DNA from: Saprospiraceae bacterium
GTDB lineage: Bacteria > Bacteroidota > Bacteroidia > Chitinophagales > Saprospiraceae
Reading direction: 5' to 3'
NCBI GenBank assembly: GCA_050485785.1
Contig: JBJHCA010000062.1
Span: forward strand, 1 to 20,136
DNA: 20,136 bases
Below are positions 16,545-20,136 of this stretch, in pieces. A program made the position numbers and the translations under genes. Under the pieces are notes generated by a model. That model did not search any database. It saw only the letters and a list, made by a program, of their open reading frames with translations, and was not told where the DNA came from. Numbering within the stretch: the stretch's first letter is position 1; every line of letters starts with the position of its first letter.

Positions 16545-17018
16545 ATGAATAAGTCAATATTTTTCGCTCTTATCATGCTTGGTGCAGGCTTTGTAGTTTG
16601 GACAGCATTCCAGCAAACCGACAGAGAAGAGCAGGAACATCAAATAGAAGTAGCTGTAGCTGAAAATGTAAACCTGTTTATTCAGGAACAAACACTGGCT
16701 TGCGAGCAAAAAGCACACGAAGAAGCTACACGCCGCGCTATGGCGAAACTGGCCGAAATGGGCAAACCTATGCCCCCTCCGGCTCCACGGCCCACGCGTC
16801 CGGCTGGCGAAACTGCAGCACCTCAAGAGCCTCTCAGCAGAGAACAACCCAAAGAAGAGGCTAAACCCGAAACACGTACCCGTACCGGTGCCACAACTGA
16901 TACCTCAGGTGAAGGTGAACGCACACGTACCGGAGCTACCCGGGTTGAAGAAGGTAAAGAAGAGGAAAAACCGACTCAGCGCACCCGTACCGGTGCCACA
17001 GGAGGCGGTGGTAACTAA
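16545..17018 (+). CDS. Hypothetical membrane-anchored protein (157 aa) with a Pro-rich linker and three C-terminal repeats of RTRTGAT.
   Basis: N-terminal TM (IFFALIMLGAGFVVWTAF) and a PMPPPAPRPTRP linker. RTRTGAT occurs 3 times with different codons (cgtacccgtaccggtgccaca / cgcacacgtaccggagctacc / cgcacccgtaccggtgccaca). It starts 28 nt after the lipoprotein gene. Confidence 0.55.
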   Translation: MNKSIFFALIMLGAGFVVWTAFQQTDREEQEHQIEVAVAENVNLFIQEQTLACEQKAHEEATRRAMAKLAEMGKPMPPPAPRPTRPAGETAAPQEPLSREQPKEEAKPETRTRTGATTDTSGEGERTRTGATRVEEGKEEEKPTQRTRTGATGGGGN

Positions 17019-17042
17019 CCAAACCTGATATCATAACATACT

Positions 17043-17090
17043 GCCCGCCATAATCCGGAATGCTCCGGATACTATGGCGGGCATTTTTTA
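17043..17090 (+). terminator. Strong rho-independent terminator for the lipoprotein/repeat-protein operon.
   Basis: Perfect 10-bp outer stem GCCCGCCATA/TATGGCGGGC and a nested 7-bp stem ATCCGGA/TCCGGAT, followed by ATTTTTTAT. Confidence 0.65.
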
Positions 17091-17803
17091 TGCTTGCCGA
17101 TCAAATCATACAGTTCTATTCAGGCTTACACCTCCCTGAAGCCATTCTGCCGGGAAACGTTTCCGTCATGTATTCTCCCGGAACCGGTAAGACAAAGGCT
17201 GACACTGTAGCGTTTGAAAATTTTATTCGCAAATACTACAGGTCGGAACAGAAAAGAATCATGCTTTGCGGAATAAATCCCGGCAGATTTGGAGCCGGCA
17301 TTACCGGAATTCCGTTTACCGACCCCGTAAAATTGCGCGAACTGAACTTACCCTGGAGCGGTCCATTGGTATATGAGCCCTCTTCGGCGTTTGTATACAA
17401 GGTGATCGACTCATGGGGTGGCCCGGATTTATTCTACCGGTATTTCTATTTCAGCTCAGTTAGCCCGCTGGGGTTTACCCGCCTTAATGACAAAGGAAAA
17501 CACGTCAATTTTAATTATTACGATCACCCGGACTTTATACTGCGACTTGAGCCCTGGATTGATCAATGGATGCAAACCCAGCTTTCTTGGAATTTAAGGA
17601 AAGATATATGTTTCTGCATTGGCAGCGGCAAAAATGCCAAAATAATGACATCCCTCAACAAGAAGTACCAATGGTTTGAGCACATCGAAAGCCTGCCGCA
17701 TCCCAGGTACATCATGCAATACAAATTCAGGGAGCTTCAAAGCTTTGTCGATCTTTGGAAACAATCCCTGATTCAATATGTCAGTGATGTTTCACGAAAA
17801 TAA
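17090..17803 (+). CDS. Uracil-DNA glycosylase superfamily protein, SMUG-like (family 3 / SMUG2-type). The ORF track starts at 17060, inside the terminator hairpin. ATG 17090 is preferred.
   Basis: Motif 1 CGINPGRFGAGITGIPFTDP parallels SMUG1 GMNPGPFGMAQTGVPFGE. Motif 2 LPHPRYIMQY parallels SMUG1 HPSPRNPQ. About 237 aa. Confidence 0.65.
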   Translation: MLADQIIQFYSGLHLPEAILPGNVSVMYSPGTGKTKADTVAFENFIRKYYRSEQKRIMLCGINPGRFGAGITGIPFTDPVKLRELNLPWSGPLVYEPSSAFVYKVIDSWGGPDLFYRYFYFSSVSPLGFTRLNDKGKHVNFNYYDHPDFILRLEPWIDQWMQTQLSWNLRKDICFCIGSGKNAKIMTSLNKKYQWFEHIESLPHPRYIMQYKFRELQSFVDLWKQSLIQYVSDVSRK

Positions 17804-17824
17804 ATCCACCCGGCAGTGAGGGAT

Positions 17825-18793
17825 TCAGCTCAACAAAAGCTGCCCCAGTCCTTCCGGGTCCACATTGCCTCCGCTCAAAATAATTCCCAGTGCTTTGCCG
17901 GTAAACCGTTTTCGGTTAGCCATCACTGCTGCCAACGGTACTGCGGCTGAAGGCTCCGGCACTATTTTCAGATATTTTACAATTAGCCTGATAGCGTTTA
18001 TGATCTCCGTTTCTGTTACCGTGATCATATCCTCGGCATGTTCCATCATGATCCTGAACGGTATTTCACCCAATTGCATCAGCAAACCATCCGCAATGGT
18101 ATCAGGATGCAACTCCGTGACGCGTTTTCCCGATCTAAAGCTTCGGGTGGCATCGTCTGCCCCGGCAGGTTCAGTCCCTATCACGCGGATTTCCCGCGAC
18201 CACATGTTACATGCCAGTAAGGTTCCGCTTAAAAGTCCGCCACCGCCCACAGGTACCAGCAACATATCAGGGCAATGCTCCAGCTGGGTCAACATCTCCC
18301 ATGCACAGGTGCCCTGCCCTTCAATTACAGCAGTATCGTTATACGGATGAACCGGAGTTGCTCGGGTTTCTGCCAAAATCTTGCTAAGCGCTTCTTCTCT
18401 CGATGCCTGGCCGGGCCTGCAAAAAGTAACCTGACCGCCGTAAAACTCAACTCCTTCCACCTTCACCCGCGGGGCATTGTCCGGCATTACAACAAAAGCC
18501 TTTCCTCTAAGCCTGGAGGCAGCATAAGCCACAGCTTGTCCATGATTACCTGAAGAATGTGTGGCCATGTTTACCGGTAATCCGCTATCTTTTAAGCTCA
18601 GTCCGGCATGCAGAGCACCGCGTATCTTGAATGCACCAATCGGTTGCCAATTTTCACACTTAAACCACATGCGGCAACCCGCCAACGCATTCAAGGGCTC
18701 ACTTTCAATGATCGGTGTTGGCTGGATGTAAGGACGCAATCCGTCTAAATGTAAATCAAACCGGGAAGAAATTTCATCGGACATAGTGAACAA
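17825..18793 (-). CDS. PLP-dependent threonine/serine dehydratase family enzyme (fold-type II; threonine ammonia-lyase or serine-racemase-like), 322 aa.
   Basis: PLP-lysine motif GAFKIRGA, SGNHGQAVAYAA, and glycine-rich loop VPVGGGGLLSG. Lacks ACT regulatory domains, so the catabolic/short form. Confidence 0.85.
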   Translation of the reverse strand: MFTMSDEISSRFDLHLDGLRPYIQPTPIIESEPLNALAGCRMWFKCENWQPIGAFKIRGALHAGLSLKDSGLPVNMATHSSGNHGQAVAYAASRLRGKAFVVMPDNAPRVKVEGVEFYGGQVTFCRPGQASREEALSKILAETRATPVHPYNDTAVIEGQGTCAWEMLTQLEHCPDMLLVPVGGGGLLSGTLLACNMWSREIRVIGTEPAGADDATRSFRSGKRVTELHPDTIADGLLMQLGEIPFRIMMEHAEDMITVTETEIINAIRLIVKYLKIVPEPSAAVPLAAVMANRKRFTGKALGIILSGGNVDPEGLGQLLLS

Positions 18794-18890
18794 GGGTTAA
18801 TTTTGCCATCAAGCTGCCTGTTTTATGTGCAGAAGCTTACAAATATCCCATTTTTTCCCGGGATGTTACCGGAGGATTATAAACTGCATA

Positions 18891-18930
18891 TTTTGTATGG
18901 GTGATATCTTTTTGTTGTTTCCGCTCCGCG
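18891..18930. repeat. Copy B of the same motif (TTTTGTATGGGTGATATCTTTTTGTTGTTTCCGCTCCGCG), upstream of the MATE transporter gene.
   Basis: See copy A. Both copies have the same orientation, on the + strand, 55-110 nt upstream of a + strand gene. Confidence 0.6.
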
Positions 18931-18983
18931 GAAAATTAAACAATTTGATTCCTTACTCCCTAAAACAACATTGTCAATAAGCC

Positions 18984-20136
18984 GTGACCCTGAAATACCA
19001 CTTCAAGAAAAACATCAAGCTGGCACTTCCCATCATGATCAGCCAGTTGGGTCAGGTAGCAGTGGGTATTGCCGACAGCCTGATGGTTGGTAGACTGGGA
19101 ACGGAAGAACTGGCATCAGTGGCTTTTGCCAACAGTATTTTCGCGGTGTTTCTCTTGTTTGGCATTGGCTTGTCCTACGGCATTACCCCCCTGGTAGCAG
19201 AAGCCGACGGACAAAAAAACAAAGAGGAAGCCGGCAGATTGTTAACCAATGGTTTTTGGGTGTGCATTGGAGCCGGCTTGATCTTACTGGCTCTTATGCT
19301 TGCAATAGTACCCGTTTTTCCTTACATGGGTCAGGATCCTGAAATTATTCCAGGTGCCCGAGGTTACTATTTGATAGTAGCCGTATCAATAATGCCATTT
19401 CTGGGCTTTCAAAGCTTCAGAATGGTAGCTGAAGGAATGTCTGATACCCGAATGGCCATGGTTATTACCCTGGTTTGTAACGGCATCAATATTGTTCTCA
19501 ACCTGGTTCTAATATACGGAAACCTGGGAGCTCCCGCGATGGGAGTTTACGGTGCTGCTCTGGCTTCACTGATTTCTCGGGTTTTGATGGTTTTATGGAT
19601 AGCATGGTATTTTTTTACCCATGTGCGTTATGAAGCATTGCCTAAAAACTTCGCCCCTTCGTTAACAGACAGACACAAAATGAAGAATATACTCAGGTTG
19701 GGTATACCATCGGGCTTACAGTATATCTTCGAGGTTACCGCATTCAGTATGGCAGCCATTATCATGGGTCAGATCAGTGCCAAAGCCCTGGCCTCACACC
19801 AGATTGCTATCAGTATGGCTTCTGCCAGTTACATAGTGGCCAGCGGTATCAGTGCGGCTGCCCTGGTGCGGGTGGGTAATCAGCTTGGCCGTAGAAATTA
19901 CCGCGAACTCAGACGGGCAGCCAATACTTTGTTTGTGATGACCCTGATTTGGATGGCATTCTGCGGTATTGTATTTTACCTGGGCAGATATTACCTTCCA
20001 TCATTGTTTACACTGGATACGGAAGTGATCAGTCTCACAGCAGGCCTGTTGTTAATAGCCGTCTTCTTCCAGTTGTCTGATGGACTTCAGGTGGTTAGCC
20101 TGGGCGCATTGAGAGGATTAAAAGATGTTAAGATCC
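18984..20136 (+). CDS. MATE family efflux transporter (NorM/DinF-like), 3'-partial, running off the window end. GTG start at 18984 after an in-frame TAA at 18978. Alternative ATG at 19035.
   Basis: The open frame translates to LKYHFKKNIKLALPIMISQLGQVAVGIADSLMVGRLG…LGALRGLKDVK, with typical MATE TM1/TM7 motifs. No stop through 20136. It is absent from the ORF track because no stop codon lies in the window. Confidence 0.85.
   Translation, partial: MTLKYHFKKNIKLALPIMISQLGQVAVGIADSLMVGRLGTEELASVAFANSIFAVFLLFGIGLSYGITPLVAEADGQKNKEEAGRLLTNGFWVCIGAGLILLALMLAIVPVFPYMGQDPEIIPGARGYYLIVAVSIMPFLGFQSFRMVAEGMSDTRMAMVITLVCNGINIVLNLVLIYGNLGAPAMGVYGAALASLISRVLMVLWIAWYFFTHVRYEALPKNFAPSLTDRHKMKNILRLGIPSGLQYIFEVTAFSMAAIIMGQISAKALASHQIAISMASASYIVASGISAAALVRVGNQLGRRNYRELRRAANTLFVMTLIWMAFCGIVFYLGRYYLPSLFTLDTEVISLTAGLLLIAVFFQLSDGLQVVSLGALRGLKDVKI

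Noticed and set aside
1-20136. Search for mobile elements, CRISPR arrays, tRNA or rRNA genes and defence-system signatures (nucleases, large ATPases, methyltransferases, TIR, Sir2, toxin-antitoxin pairs)
   Set aside because: I found no transposase or integrase motifs, no direct-repeat/spacer arrays, no cloverleaf-like tRNA candidates in the intergenic regions, and no compositional island. The window appears to be core chromosome, so I did not claim a defence system.

Overview
Reading on both strands, this 20.1 kb window looks like ordinary chromosomal backbone from a Bacteroidota-type genome. Support for that placement: Shine-Dalgarno sequences are mostly absent, there are candidate Bacteroidetes-style -7 promoter boxes (TAnnTTTG), and several genes look lineage-typical (DUF4294-like, DUF4175-like giant protein, SMUG2-like glycosylase, HTTM protein). 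Composition is uniform at roughly mid-40s % GC. I found no transposase, integrase, tRNA, rRNA or CRISPR array. The window is densely coding, with about 19 protein genes. In order they are: a 5'-truncated rhomboid protease; lon; an ECF sigma factor followed by a small disordered ORF; a convergent HTTM (vitamin-K gamma-carboxylase-like) membrane protein; a 1107-aa membrane-anchored coiled-coil protein with Q/M-rich low-complexity segments; an RsbW/SpoIIAB-type GHKL kinase; ybeY translationally coupled to an unknown 277-aa gene; a minus-strand NfeD(YqiJ)-flotillin(YqiK) operon with a third membrane-anchored gene; an aldehyde dehydrogenase; a secreted DUF4294-like protein; a lipoprotein plus a repeat-containing membrane protein closed by a strong intrinsic terminator; a SMUG-family uracil-DNA-glycosylase-like gene; a PLP-dependent threonine/serine dehydratase; and the 5' part of a MATE efflux pump. 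I could not substantiate a clear novel multi-gene system such as a defence island. The things most worth a second look are: (i) a ~40-nt motif (…ATATCTyTTTGTT…CCGCTCCGCG) present twice, upstream of the ECF sigma gene and upstream of the MATE pump; (ii) the Q/M-rich giant coiled-coil protein and its neighbouring orphan anti-sigma-type kinase; (iii) the NfeD-flotillin-unknown three-gene operon; (iv) a bacterial SMUG-like glycosylase whose start overlaps a terminator; (v) the HTTM protein; and (vi) a tandem-repeat (RTRTGAT x3) membrane protein. All functional calls are by motif recognition by eye. No database search was possible.
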